DNA from: Gemmatimonadota bacterium
GTDB lineage: Bacteria; JAAXHH01
Direction: 5' to 3'
Length of the DNA: 64,000 nt
Assembly (NCBI GenBank): GCA_026705925.1
Contig: JAPOZT010000011.1
Span: 212,857 to 276,856, forward strand
The translations under genes and the position numbers were made by a program. Below the pieces are notes generated by a model. It was not told the DNA's origin. It searched no databases and was given only the letters and a program-made list of their open reading frames with translations. This document shows, piece by piece, positions 47,013 through 58,570 of the stretch (position 1 is the stretch's first letter; each line of letters begins with the position of its first letter).

Positions 47013-48062
47013 CTATCCTACGATGTCGCGGTCCCGCAGGCCCTGGGCCAGCGCTCGCGCGATGACCTCGCTGCCTTCGATGGTGGGATGCCAGGTATCG
47101 GCGAAGTACCGTTCCCGTTCACCGTCCATCCCGGTAAAAGCGGCGTTGAGATCGATGAGGTCCGTATCCTCTTCCATGGCCAGCCGGCGGATCGAGCCAT
47201 CGTAGATATCGTAGAGTTGCCTGAGGCGGTCGAGGTCTCCCCGGGCCACGAAGGACGGATACCGCATCTTGTCGAGGCTTTGCATGGACATCTCCGCGCC
47301 GTTACGGGATATGAGCGTCGGCAGGGTCGTCAGGACGACGCGGGTCCGGTCGTTCTTCGCCGTCTGGATAAGGCGGCGCATATTGTACTCGTAGTTTTCG
47401 GGCAGGAAGTCCTCGAGGTCGAAGGAGCCGATGGGCGGCGGCGTGTTCAGTTCCAGGATCTCCTTGGCTTCGTCCAGCAGCCTCAGGCCCGTGTTTCCGC
47501 CGTTGCCGTAATGCCAGTAGGACTGGGTCTTCCTGCGCATGTCGGGATAGTGCTTCGGGTTCCCCAGCCACATGTCGTTCCAGCCGATATAGACGATCAG
47601 GATGTCCGGCTCGAAAGCCATGAGCCGGGGAAGGCGCAACTGGGCGTTGATGGACGCGTGGTCGTCCACGCCGGCGTTGATCACCTGGTGATCGCGGTCC
47701 AGGTCCATCCGGTCCAGTTGCTTTTCCAGCTGGTAGGGATAGGGTGAATCATCCCCGGGCGCGCCGAAGGTGCAGGAGTCGCCGAGACACATGATACGGA
47801 CGGCTTCGGGATCCTTCCGCCTCGGAAAATCCGTTCCCCGGAACCCGTAGTCGTTGATCCGGATGCCGGCCACACTGTACCCCGGCATCAGTTCCCAGCC
47901 GCTCCGGTTGTGAAACACGATGTAGGGATGGGCGCCGTCGTATTCCTCGTGGAACCAGCGGTCCCTGTTGTACGCGTGATCCTGCCGGCGGAGGTAGAAC
48001 TCCGCACCCACGAGGGCGCCCACCGCGGCGCCGGCCATGGCGGCAAATGCGTAACGCTTCAT
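47013..48062 (-). CDS. SGNH/GDSL-family hydrolase (lipase/esterase-like), membrane-anchored or secreted
   Basis: The GDS block (CLGDSCTFG) and the DxxH block (DTWHPT) are present. The start is taken at MKRYAFAAMAGAAVGALVG (signal/anchor). Confidence 0.65.
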   Translation of the reverse strand: MKRYAFAAMAGAAVGALVGAEFYLRRQDHAYNRDRWFHEEYDGAHPYIVFHNRSGWELMPGYSVAGIRINDYGFRGTDFPRRKDPEAVRIMCLGDSCTFGAPGDDSPYPYQLEKQLDRMDLDRDHQVINAGVDDHASINAQLRLPRLMAFEPDILIVYIGWNDMWLGNPKHYPDMRRKTQSYWHYGNGGNTGLRLLDEAKEILELNTPPPIGSFDLEDFLPENYEYNMRRLIQTAKNDRTRVVLTTLPTLISRNGAEMSMQSLDKMRYPSFVARGDLDRLRQLYDIYDGSIRRLAMEEDTDLIDLNAAFTGMDGERERYFADTWHPTIEGSEVIARALAQGLRDRDIVG

Positions 48063-48356
48063 TCCCGTTCTCCGGCTGTCATGCACGCTGTTCCGGCCGA
48101 TTGGACCGGACGGTTCGCAAACACCACCCCTATTCACATTACCGTCGCACTCCCCCTGAATCTAAGGGCACACAGGCCGAAATCGCAAGTGAAAACGCAT
48201 GCCCGGTTTTGTTTGACGACAACGCCTTCGTTCCCTGTATAACCATTAGTGAAAGGTCTTGACGACGACCGGACCGACTTCCATATTCGTAGGGTAGTTC
48301 CCAACCCGTTTACCACAGAACACCGGTCTTGCCGGTTCCGGTTCTCGTGATTACTC

Positions 48357-48400
48357 GCCAGCCGGATGCTGTCGTCAGCACTTCGTCCGTTCCGGCTGGC
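48357..48400 (+). promoter_or_regulatory. strong hairpin (10-bp stem GCCAGCCGGA/TCCGGCTGGC, 24-nt loop) in the 300-nt leader 35 nt upstream of paoA-like gene
   Basis: Read directly from the sequence. Candidate promoters TTGACG-N19-TATAAC (about 48206-48236) and TTGACG-N18-CATATT (about 48262-48291) lie upstream of it. Confidence 0.4.
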
Positions 48401-48438
48401 TTTGATTTGATGGCATAACACGTAGAAGAGGAGGTCCC

Positions 48439-49101
48439 ATGGCTGATCGACACGATGAAGCCAGGCCCGATGCATCGTCCCATTCCGAATCGAAATCGGG
48501 GACAAGGTTCACGCGCCGTGGTTTTCTCAAGGGCGCGGGCGCGAGTGCGGTAACGGCTGCCGTAGCGCCGGCCATCCTGGTTTCAGAAGCCGGGACGGCG
48601 TCCGCCCAGGAAGCCGAGGGCGTCATGTCGGCGACCATATCGCTCGACGTGAACGGCCAGTCGCACAACGTCGAGGTAGAAGCGCGCACGACCCTGGCCG
48701 ACGCGCTGCGGGACAGGCTGGAGATCACCGGTCCCAAAGTGGTCTGCGACAAGGGCGAGTGCGGGGCCTGCACCGTGGAGATGGACGGTAAGCTCGTCTT
48801 CAGCTGCATGACGCTGGCCATGGACGCCCAGGGCCGGAAGATCGAGACCGTGGAAGGCATGGCGGACGGCGACAATCTGCATCCCATCCAGGAAGCCTTC
48901 GTCGAGAAAGACGCCCTGATGTGCGGATTCTGCACGCCGGGGTTCCTGATGTCCTCCAAGTCGTTGCTGGACGCCAACGACAACCCGACGCCGGAAGAGG
49001 TCCGGGAGGGTCTGTCCGGCAACATCTGTCGCTGCGGCACCTATCCCCACGTGTTCGAGGCCGTGATGAGCGCCGCCGAAAAGATGCGGAAGGGAGGGTG
49101 A
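48439..49101 (+). CDS. periplasmic aldehyde oxidoreductase [2Fe-2S] ferredoxin subunit (PaoA/YagT-like), Tat-exported
   Basis: The Tat motif TRRGFLKG is present. The plant-type cluster has Cys at C-x4-C-x2-C (CDKGECGACTV) and the second cluster is at CGFCTPG...CRCGTY. Confidence 0.85.
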   Translation: MADRHDEARPDASSHSESKSGTRFTRRGFLKGAGASAVTAAVAPAILVSEAGTASAQEAEGVMSATISLDVNGQSHNVEVEARTTLADALRDRLEITGPKVVCDKGECGACTVEMDGKLVFSCMTLAMDAQGRKIETVEGMADGDNLHPIQEAFVEKDALMCGFCTPGFLMSSKSLLDANDNPTPEEVREGLSGNICRCGTYPHVFEAVMSAAEKMRKGG

Positions 49102-49105
49102 GCCG

Positions 49106-51325
49106 ATGCAGCAGAAGATGAAGACGGTCACGATCACCATCCAGGAAGACGGTGAACCCAGAGAAATAGAGATACAGGTCCCCGATACCGGCGAAGGCGG
49201 CTGGGGAGACCTCTCGAAGAACACCTATATCAACAAGCCCCACACCCGCGTGGACGCGGTCGACAAGGTCACCGGCCGCGCCAAGTACACCGCCGACATC
49301 AAGTTGCCCGGCCTGCTCTATGGTCGCATCCTGCGGTCGGCCCATCCCCGCGCCCGGATCAACCGCATCGACGCCACCCGGGCGATGGCGCTGCCCGGCG
49401 TGAGCGTGGTGGTGCTCCCCAACGACGACCCCGAGGTCTTCTCGCGGGAGTGCCGGTTCGCCGGACAGGAAATCGCGGCCGTGGCGGCAACGACGCCGGA
49501 GGTCGCCGAAGACGCGCTCCACGCCATCGACGTGGATTACGAGGTGCTGCCCTTCGTCGTGGACGAAGACGCGGCGCGGGACCCGGACGCGGCCCAGGTG
49601 CACAGCGACCGCGGTAACGTGGGCGAGCCCAGGGTCGGCGAGCAGGGCGACATCGCCGCGGGATTCGCCCAGGCCGACGTGACCCTCGAGGCTACCTTCC
49701 GATGCCAGGTGCAGTCCCACATCGCGCTGGAGACCCACGGCAACGTGTGCCAGTGGGAAGGCGACAAGCTGACGGTCTGGGCCTCCACGCAGGGCGTATT
49801 CAGTGTCCGCGGGGAACTGGCCGGGCATTTCGGGATTCCCGAAACGAACGTGCGCGTGATCACGGAGTTCATGGGCGGCGGTTTCGGCGCCAAGTTCGGC
49901 GCCCGCAAAGAGGGCGTGATCTGCGCCCTGCTCGCCCGGAAGGCCGGAGCGCCTGTGAAGCTGATGCTGACGCGGAAGGAAGAGCACCTGGCCACCGGAA
50001 ACCGGCCCTCCGCCGTGCAGCACGTGAAGCTGGGCGCGACGAGCGACGGCAAGCTGGTCGCCTACGAGCGGTCCAACTACGGTACGCCGGGCGTCGCCGG
50101 CAGCGCCAATATTCCCGGGGCGCCATACCTGTACGAGATCCCCAACTACCGCATCGAACAGACGAGCGTGTTCACCAACGCCGGGCCGATGGCGGCCCAG
50201 CGCGCGCCGGGGCACCCCCAGGCGGCATTCGCCATGGAATCCATGATGGACGAGATGGCCGAGGCGCTGGGCATGGACCCCATCGACATCCGCCAGATGA
50301 ATGATCCGAACGAAGCGCGGCGCAACATGGTGGCCATGGGGGCGGAGCACATCGGATGGAAGACCCGCCGGAGCGCCACGCCCAATTCAGGGACCGGCCG
50401 GATCAAGACCGGCATGGGCGTGGGATCGGCCCGATGGGGCGGCGGCGGCGGAAGGACGCAGGCCGAGTGTACCATCAATCCCGATGGGAGCGTGCAGGTG
50501 AAGTGCGGCACGCAGGACATCGGTACCGGGACGCTCACCCTGGTGCACATGGTCGCGGCGGAAGAATTCGGGTTGAAGATGGAGGATATCGACGTCGGTA
50601 TCGGCGACACGAACTACCCCTATTCGGGCGGAAGCGGCGGAAGCACCACGGCCGCGTCGGTATCGCCCGCCATCAAGGGTACGACGATGCTGGCGAAACT
50701 CGAGCTGTTCAAGAAGATCGCGCCCAGGTTCGGCGTGGAACCCGGTGAACTCGTGGCTTCGGACGGGAATGTGTTCGTGGGCAGCGATCCTTCCAAGAGC
50801 ATGACCTGGCAACAAGCGACGGCCCAGCTCGGGGACGAGCCCATCTTCTTCCACGGCCAGTGGCTGCCCGGCTACTCGGACAGCGGCGTGCCCGGCGTGC
50901 ACTTCGTCGAGGTCAGCGTAGATACCGAGACCGGCCTGGTGAAGGTCGACCGGGTCGTGGCCGTCCACAACAGCGGCATGATCCTGAACCCGCTCACCTG
51001 GGCGAGCCAGGTGAACGGCGGCGTCCTGATGGGGATCGGATACGGCATGTACGAGAACCGCATCATGGACCCCGCGACGGGCTACATGGTCAACGCCAAC
51101 CTGGAAGACTACAAGCTCATGGGCTCCACGGACATCCCCGAAATCGAAATCCTCAGGTACGACGAACCGGAACGGGGCGTCATCGGCATCGGCGAACCCG
51201 CGACAATCCCGACCCCGGGTGCCATCGCCAACGCCATCTACAACGCCTGCGGCGCCCGGATACGGGACATGCCGTTCACCCCCGACAAAGTGCTCAGCGC
51301 GCTGGCCGCAGTGAAGGAGGGCTGA
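49106..51325 (+). CDS. molybdopterin-cofactor-binding large subunit of an xanthine dehydrogenase/aldehyde oxidase family enzyme (PaoC-like)
   Basis: The 739-aa protein carries Ald_Xan_dh_C/MoCoBD signatures (GGGFGAK, the conserved Glu near the C-terminus EPATIP). Confidence 0.85.
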   Translation: MQQKMKTVTITIQEDGEPREIEIQVPDTGEGGWGDLSKNTYINKPHTRVDAVDKVTGRAKYTADIKLPGLLYGRILRSAHPRARINRIDATRAMALPGVSVVVLPNDDPEVFSRECRFAGQEIAAVAATTPEVAEDALHAIDVDYEVLPFVVDEDAARDPDAAQVHSDRGNVGEPRVGEQGDIAAGFAQADVTLEATFRCQVQSHIALETHGNVCQWEGDKLTVWASTQGVFSVRGELAGHFGIPETNVRVITEFMGGGFGAKFGARKEGVICALLARKAGAPVKLMLTRKEEHLATGNRPSAVQHVKLGATSDGKLVAYERSNYGTPGVAGSANIPGAPYLYEIPNYRIEQTSVFTNAGPMAAQRAPGHPQAAFAMESMMDEMAEALGMDPIDIRQMNDPNEARRNMVAMGAEHIGWKTRRSATPNSGTGRIKTGMGVGSARWGGGGGRTQAECTINPDGSVQVKCGTQDIGTGTLTLVHMVAAEEFGLKMEDIDVGIGDTNYPYSGGSGGSTTAASVSPAIKGTTMLAKLELFKKIAPRFGVEPGELVASDGNVFVGSDPSKSMTWQQATAQLGDEPIFFHGQWLPGYSDSGVPGVHFVEVSVDTETGLVKVDRVVAVHNSGMILNPLTWASQVNGGVLMGIGYGMYENRIMDPATGYMVNANLEDYKLMGSTDIPEIEILRYDEPERGVIGIGEPATIPTPGAIANAIYNACGARIRDMPFTPDKVLSALAAVKEG

Positions 51326-51328
51326 CCC

Positions 51329-52306
51329 ATGCAGAACTTTTCCTACGTCAATGCGACGTCGATAGAGCAGGTGCCTTCCCTGCTGGGCCGTAGCTGGGAC
51401 GACGCGGTGGTCATGGCGGGCGGTACGGACCTGGTCGGTGAGATGAAGGACTACGCCGCCGTCCCGAAACGGGTTGTCAACCTCAAGTCCATCGAAGGCC
51501 TGGACTACATCCGGCAGGATGACACCGGGATGCGTATCGGCGCCCTGACCACGCTGACAGACGTGTTGGCAGACAGCGCCGTTTCACAGGACTATCCGGT
51601 GCTGCACCAGGCGGTATCCGTCATCGCCTCGCCGCAGATCCGCAACATGGCCACGCTGGCCGGGAACATCCTTCAGCGTCCGCGGTGCTGGTACTACCGC
51701 AGCGAGGACTTCCCCTGTCTCAAGAAGGGCGGGGCGAGGTGCTACGCGGTGGGCGGGGTCAATACCTACCACGCGATCTTCGGGTCCGGGCCGAGCTACA
51801 TCGTCCATCCCTCCGACGCGGCCCCCGCGCTCATGGCCCTGGGCGCCACGGTGAACATCCATGGCCCCCGCGGCGCGAACGAAGTCGTCCTGGACGATTT
51901 CTTCACCATGCCCGAAATGAACATCCGGCGCGAGAACATCCTTCGGCCCAACGAGATCGTGACCGAAATCTCGATTCCGAAACCGGAGGCGAACAGCAGG
52001 GGCATGTTCCTCAAGGTGCGGGAGCGGGAATCCATCGATTTCGCCCTCGTCAGCCTGGCCGCGCAGATGACCGTGGTAAACGGGACCTGCGAGCGGGCTA
52101 GCCTCGTGCTGGGCGGCGTGGCGCCTATTCCGTGGCGTGCCGTCGAGGCTGAAGTTTACCTCCGGGGCCGCAGGATCACGGAAGCCCGGGCGGAAAGCGC
52201 CGCGGAGGCCGCGGTGGAAGACGCCGCGCCCATGCCGCACAACGGTTACAAGGTGGAGATCGCGAAGAACCTCGTGAAACAGGCCGTTCAGGCCCTGGCG
52301 GCGTAG
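51329..52306 (+). CDS. FAD-binding subunit of the molybdo-oxidoreductase (PaoB/CoxM-like)
   Basis: It has the FAD_binding_5 domain (AGGTDL) and the C-terminal CO_deh_flav_C-like region. The start is 4 nt after the previous stop. Confidence 0.8.
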   Translation: MQNFSYVNATSIEQVPSLLGRSWDDAVVMAGGTDLVGEMKDYAAVPKRVVNLKSIEGLDYIRQDDTGMRIGALTTLTDVLADSAVSQDYPVLHQAVSVIASPQIRNMATLAGNILQRPRCWYYRSEDFPCLKKGGARCYAVGGVNTYHAIFGSGPSYIVHPSDAAPALMALGATVNIHGPRGANEVVLDDFFTMPEMNIRRENILRPNEIVTEISIPKPEANSRGMFLKVRERESIDFALVSLAAQMTVVNGTCERASLVLGGVAPIPWRAVEAEVYLRGRRITEARAESAAEAAVEDAAPMPHNGYKVEIAKNLVKQAVQALAA

Positions 52307-52342
52307 GCAGGGCTGCGCAGCGCCGCAAGCAAGGAGTCTATC

Positions 52343-52552
52343 ATGGCACAACCCGTATGCCGGTACCTGAGGACGAAATCGTTCTACACGGCGGAGAAGA
52401 ACGACACGACCCTTACCGAAGAAAAGCCCGGCCGCTCGTTCTGGTGCGTCCGCTCCGTGTCGGGCATCGGTCCCGATGACAAGGTCGTGGGACCGACCGA
52501 ATGCGACGCCCATCGCACCTGCTTCGAAACCGTCGACGTGCGTTTCGTGTAA
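52343..52552 (+). CDS. small hypothetical protein (69 aa, 4 Cys) upstream of fumarase
   Basis: The RBS AAGGAGT lies 7 nt upstream of the ATG. Its stop overlaps the RBS of the fumarase gene. Cys residues are at positions 6, 35, 54 and 60. Confidence 0.4.
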   Translation: MAQPVCRYLRTKSFYTAEKNDTTLTEEKPGRSFWCVRSVSGIGPDDKVVGPTECDAHRTCFETVDVRFV

Positions 52553-52565
52553 GGAGACTTCCGGC

Positions 52566-54188
<1,623 letters not shown>

Positions 54189-54330
54189 CCCGGCGCGTCA
54201 CCCCCTAAGGCCTCGGTACACTCCTGCGCGAGCGGTACTGATGTGGTCGGCGCCGGTGCGGCCTCCAGACGGCCGCGGCACGCTCCGGTGCGGCCAGTCA
54301 CCACGAACACCCTCGACCATTTCTCAAACG

Positions 54331-56169
54331 TTAATCGGCCAATTCCAGTTCAAGGTGGGTTTCGGGCATCCTCCCGTCCACCAGGACCAGGGGCTGCAAC
54401 GTCCACGTGGCCTGCCAGCGATGGCCGCGCTGGTCGATTACCTGTCGGCGCAGCAGGCCGATCCGCCAGACGTCTCCCGGAGCGGGGGCGGCTTGCCCAG
54501 CGACCTTTTCGACGGCCTGCCCGGCAGCCTGCCCAGTAGCCAGCCACTTCAAGCTTGCCCACGGCAAGGCCAACTCCACGGTCCAGCCCCGGTCGACCCG
54601 GTCCCTTCTGCCCGGTTCGCCGTCCACTTTCACCCCGGCCTGCAACCCCGGCAAGCGCCAGTCCGAGAAGGCCCAGCGCATGGCACGGATGTCGGTCCGC
54701 GTGTGCCCGCCCTGCACCTCGGGCTGGTGGACTGCCAGGTCGAATTCCGGCACGTGGAACCGGTCGTCGTCCCGGTGGGCTTCCTTCCAGATGTAGCACA
54801 TCTCCGAGGTGGCGCCCAGCGGATTCACGGCCAGGTCGTAGTACGCGCCGGGACCGGTGACGAGGACGCCCACGTGGCTATCCTCCCGTACCTCGTGGGT
54901 GGATTCTTCCTGGGTGGCCTGAATGTCGCGATCCTCCAGCCAGAACCCGATGTAGAGACTCCTGTCGTCCCAGGCCATGGCGGCCGTGGTATCGAACAGG
55001 GCCCGGGCGCCCGAGTGATCGCTGAACAGCCGGGATCGCTCCGCCAGCGCCCAAGTTTCCTTGCCCAGGTCGCCGTCTACGACCAGGTCGTCCCGCGTCC
55101 TCCGGCACCGGTATCGTGCGACCTGGTTGGCCAACCCCTTCCGCGAGGACAGTTCGGTCTGTGCGGTCTGATCTGCCTGCTGGGTCTGTTCGGCCTGCAC
55201 GGTCCGGGTTGCCGCCGCGGGATGCGTGCTTCCGATCACGCCCTCCTGCTCCTCGCGACTAATCGGATCATCGATCATCGCCTGTGGTTCGCCGCTTGTC
55301 ACCTGTGGTTCGCCGGTCGTCGCGCGCGGTTCACCTTCACCCACCGCATTCTCGGAGAAATGGATCACGCTGAATCGATCGGGGATGTGCGAATCGTAGA
55401 TCCCGTGACTGTTCCAGGCCCATCCCGGACACGTCCTGAATCCGCCTTCGTCGATCCATTGGAACCGCGAGAAATCCATGCGCCAGGTATCCCCTTCCCG
55501 CGCCGGCAGCGAACGCCCGTCCGCAAGATGCTTCAGGCCCTGCCAGGGGAAGGCGATCTCGGCCGTCCATCCCCGGTCACGATCGGTCGGGTCGTTGATG
55601 GTGCCGTCCACGTGCACCGCCCACTTCATACCCGGCATGTCCCATTGGCGGAACGCCCATCGGCGGCCGCGCGGATGGGCGTGGCCGGTCTTGATTCCCC
55701 CGAGCGTATCCACCAGGTCGGTGCCCTGCAGGTCGAACTCGGGATGCGCGCCGAATCCGGCTTCCACGTAGGCGTTCTGCCACACGTAGAACCGTTCCAT
55801 GATCGTACCCAGGGGGTTCAGTTCGAATTCATAGTAACTGTCTTTCCCGGCGATGAAGACTTCCACGTCGTTCTCCTCGCAGATCATGGAATCGCGCTCC
55901 GTGTACGTCGCCCGCACATCCGGGTCCTCCACCCAGAAGCCCACGTACAGGTAGTCGTCGTCCCAGAGCACCGCGGCCCGCGTGTCGAACAGCCCCGGAC
56001 GACCCGGCTCTTCCAGGTCCTCGAAGCGCGGGGAACGGACCGCGTGCTGCCACGAAGGCTCGTCGAGCCGCCCGTCCACCACGAGGGGACCGATGGTCCG
56101 GCACGCGGTGTAGTGTTTCAGTCCTTCTTCCGAATAACCCCAGTCACTGGTCATGCGCTTGATCTCCAA
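54331..56169 (-). CDS. hypothetical protein with two tandem CBM9-like/DOMON-like domains
   Basis: The internal duplication covers residues 1-290 and 340-612. Both halves share the motifs LVVDG.L.E.SW, LFDT.AA..WDD..LY.GFW.ED.D..AT, and GW..E.A.PW. The linker carries a TGEPQ x2 repeat. Confidence 0.55.
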   Translation of the reverse strand: MEIKRMTSDWGYSEEGLKHYTACRTIGPLVVDGRLDEPSWQHAVRSPRFEDLEEPGRPGLFDTRAAVLWDDDYLYVGFWVEDPDVRATYTERDSMICEENDVEVFIAGKDSYYEFELNPLGTIMERFYVWQNAYVEAGFGAHPEFDLQGTDLVDTLGGIKTGHAHPRGRRWAFRQWDMPGMKWAVHVDGTINDPTDRDRGWTAEIAFPWQGLKHLADGRSLPAREGDTWRMDFSRFQWIDEGGFRTCPGWAWNSHGIYDSHIPDRFSVIHFSENAVGEGEPRATTGEPQVTSGEPQAMIDDPISREEQEGVIGSTHPAAATRTVQAEQTQQADQTAQTELSSRKGLANQVARYRCRRTRDDLVVDGDLGKETWALAERSRLFSDHSGARALFDTTAAMAWDDRSLYIGFWLEDRDIQATQEESTHEVREDSHVGVLVTGPGAYYDLAVNPLGATSEMCYIWKEAHRDDDRFHVPEFDLAVHQPEVQGGHTRTDIRAMRWAFSDWRLPGLQAGVKVDGEPGRRDRVDRGWTVELALPWASLKWLATGQAAGQAVEKVAGQAAPAPGDVWRIGLLRRQVIDQRGHRWQATWTLQPLVLVDGRMPETHLELELAD

Positions 56170-56211
56170 AATGTGCTAACCCCTTGACACTCTTCGGATA
56201 TTTACGTCCGC

Positions 56212-57255
56212 CTACGCCTCCCAGGGTACCTTGAGCCCGAGTTTCTCGGCGACCTCGATGAGCTTGTCCCGGGTGCCGGCAGGCAGAGGGATCCCGTGCT
56301 CGATGCGCTCCCTAAGGACGAGTTCCTCCGGTTCGCCCGGTACGAAGAGTTCGTCGACCCCTTCGACGCGCGGCAGGCCTTTCATGGCCGAGACGAGCTC
56401 ATCGATCTGCGTGCGGTAGGTGTCCGGATCGGTGAACGCCGCGATATCGATGGCGCCGATGAAGCTGTTCTGCACGCCGGGCCTGGCCCCGGGTCCCGTG
56501 ATGGCGGCCGTCAACAGCGGATTGCCGACCATCAGGCTCGACAGGCACTCGAAGATGAGGGCCAGTCCATAGCCTTTGTAGCCGGCCGCGGGCTGCAGGA
56601 AACGGGCCCTGCGGGGATCCGTCGTCGGATGTCCGTCGCCGTCCAGCGCCCAGGTGTCGGGGATGGACTCGCCCCGGTCCACGGCCACGTCCAGCTTGCC
56701 GAAGGCGGCCACGCTCGTGGCCATGTCCAGGGATATGGTACGGCCGTCGCTGCCCGGCACGGCGATGGCGATCGGACTGTTATGGACCCCCGGCGCCCGC
56801 GCGCCCGGAGGGGCCATGTTCGGGGGATTGCAGACGGAAGCGATGCCGGCCATGTTCTCCCGGGCGGCCATCTGGGCGTAGTAAGCCATGGCGCCCTGGT
56901 GGGTCGTGTTGCGGATCAGCACCCATCCGATACCCGCCCCGCGGGCCTTCTCGACGGCCTGCTTCATCGCGTAGGTCGTCACCACCGGTCCGAAGGCACG
57001 GTCAGCCTCGATGAGCATCGTAGCGGGCGTCTCCCGTTCGATCCGGATGTCCGGCCGGGGATTGTAGTGTCCGGCTTCCACCGATTGGACATATCCATTG
57101 ACCCGCTGGACGCCGTGGGAGTCCACTCCACGCAGGTTCGCCCATACCAGCACTTCGGCTTCGATGGCCGCGTCTGATGGCGTCAGGCCGACCTGCTCGA
57201 AGACCGCCGCCGTGAAAGCCCGCAGTTTCTTCCCATCCACGCGGATGTCCGCCAT
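56212..57255 (-). CDS. Ldh_2 family malate/L-lactate/ureidoglycolate-type NAD(P)H dehydrogenase
   Basis: The 347-aa protein carries the motifs GVDSHG and ...HKGYGLALIFE..., characteristic of the Mdh/LDH type-2 family. Confidence 0.7.
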   Translation of the reverse strand: MADIRVDGKKLRAFTAAVFEQVGLTPSDAAIEAEVLVWANLRGVDSHGVQRVNGYVQSVEAGHYNPRPDIRIERETPATMLIEADRAFGPVVTTYAMKQAVEKARGAGIGWVLIRNTTHQGAMAYYAQMAARENMAGIASVCNPPNMAPPGARAPGVHNSPIAIAVPGSDGRTISLDMATSVAAFGKLDVAVDRGESIPDTWALDGDGHPTTDPRRARFLQPAAGYKGYGLALIFECLSSLMVGNPLLTAAITGPGARPGVQNSFIGAIDIAAFTDPDTYRTQIDELVSAMKGLPRVEGVDELFVPGEPEELVLRERIEHGIPLPAGTRDKLIEVAEKLGLKVPWEA

Positions 57256-57514
57256 GAGACTCCTTTTTCGATCGGTGTCGCCGCAACCATCTGAGCATGA
57301 TCAGACTGGCGTAAGATAGATGGGCGAATTGCGCCACGCCAGAGGTTACTTCCTCCCTGGAGATCCAGGCGATCGGAATCCGCGGCGGCGTCGAATCAAG
57401 ACGCGGGCAACCGGGGCGTCCTGGCCCTATCTTCATCGTTGACAAAGCCCACGATGGTCGGTAAAGTTCCCATGCATTTAGAGCGCAACTGTATTCGTCA
57501 AAAACGCCAATTCC

Positions 57515-57763
57515 ATGATCCTGATCCAGATACTGCGGATATACCTGGTCCTCATCATCGTCCGCGCGGTCATGACCTGGTTCAATCCGGACCCGGCCTC
57601 GCCGCTCGTACGTCTGCTGACGTGGCTCACTGAGCCGGTCCTGTTGCCCTTCAGGCGGATCATTCCACCCATCCCCGTGCCGAAGACGAACGTTCGGATC
57701 GACCTTTCCCCGGTCTTCGTGCTGCTGATTGGCGGATGGCTGTTGACCAAGCTGCGTTACTGA
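57515..57763 (+). CDS. yggT: YggT/Ycf19 family membrane protein
   Basis: The 82-aa, two-TM protein has the pattern ...IIVRAVMTWF...LTEPVLLPFRRIIPP..., typical of YggT. Confidence 0.75.
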   Translation: MILIQILRIYLVLIIVRAVMTWFNPDPASPLVRLLTWLTEPVLLPFRRIIPPIPVPKTNVRIDLSPVFVLLIGGWLLTKLRY

Positions 57764-57805
57764 CCATGACGGAAACAAGCCACCCTTGACGGAGATTAAC
57801 CGACC

Positions 57806-58567
57806 ATGATCGTCGTGGGACTCGAGACTTCATCCACAATCGCCGGGATCGCCGTGATCCGGGACCGCCAGGTGATGGCCGAAGCGTCGCAGGAGTTGGG
57901 CGGCGTGCATGCTGAAAAGCTGCCCGGGATGCTGGAACGTATCATGGGCGACCTGGACGTGCAGTGGTCGGAAGTGGAAGGATTCGCGATCTCGATCGGG
58001 CCCGGATCGTACACCGGACTGCGGGTGGGATTGAGCCTGGTCAAGGGCCTTTCCTACGTGACGAAGCGGCCGGTCGCCGCCGTGCCCACGCTCGATGCCA
58101 TCGCCTTCCAGGTGCCCTGTTGCAGGTATCCCGTCCACGTGCTGACCGACGCCCGCAGGGGCCAGGTCTACGAAGCCCGCTACGATACGTCCGGCGGCTG
58201 GCCCGAGCGGCAGTCCGATTTCCGGGTGGGACCGCTCGAAGACGTGTTGGCATCCATCGAGGACAAGGTAATGCTCGTCGGCAGCGGCGTTGACGCGTAC
58301 AGACCGGACATCGCCGCCGTTCTCGGTGAACGGGTCTGCTTCCCGCCCGAGGGCGCCGGACGGCTGATAGCCTCCTCGACCGCATTTCTCGGCCTGGACC
58401 GACTCAAGCGGGGCGAGGAGTCCGACCTGAACGCGCTCGAACCTCTTTATTTGAGAAAAACCGACTTCGCCAGGCAGCCGCCGTCCCGGCTCGAACGGAC
58501 GCCACCATCTGAAACTTCCCCTGCCGCGCCTGGCCCGACCGGCCGGGCCGAAACCTCGTCTGAATGA
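57806..58567 (+). CDS. tsaB: tRNA threonylcarbamoyladenosine biosynthesis protein TsaB
   Basis: The N-terminus VGLETSSTIAGIAVIRD...GPGSYTGLRVGLS matches the YeaZ/TsaB family. It is followed by rimI, as in many genomes. Confidence 0.8.
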   Translation: MIVVGLETSSTIAGIAVIRDRQVMAEASQELGGVHAEKLPGMLERIMGDLDVQWSEVEGFAISIGPGSYTGLRVGLSLVKGLSYVTKRPVAAVPTLDAIAFQVPCCRYPVHVLTDARRGQVYEARYDTSGGWPERQSDFRVGPLEDVLASIEDKVMLVGSGVDAYRPDIAAVLGERVCFPPEGAGRLIASSTAFLGLDRLKRGEESDLNALEPLYLRKTDFARQPPSRLERTPPSETSPAAPGPTGRAETSSE

Positions 58568-58570
58568 CCC

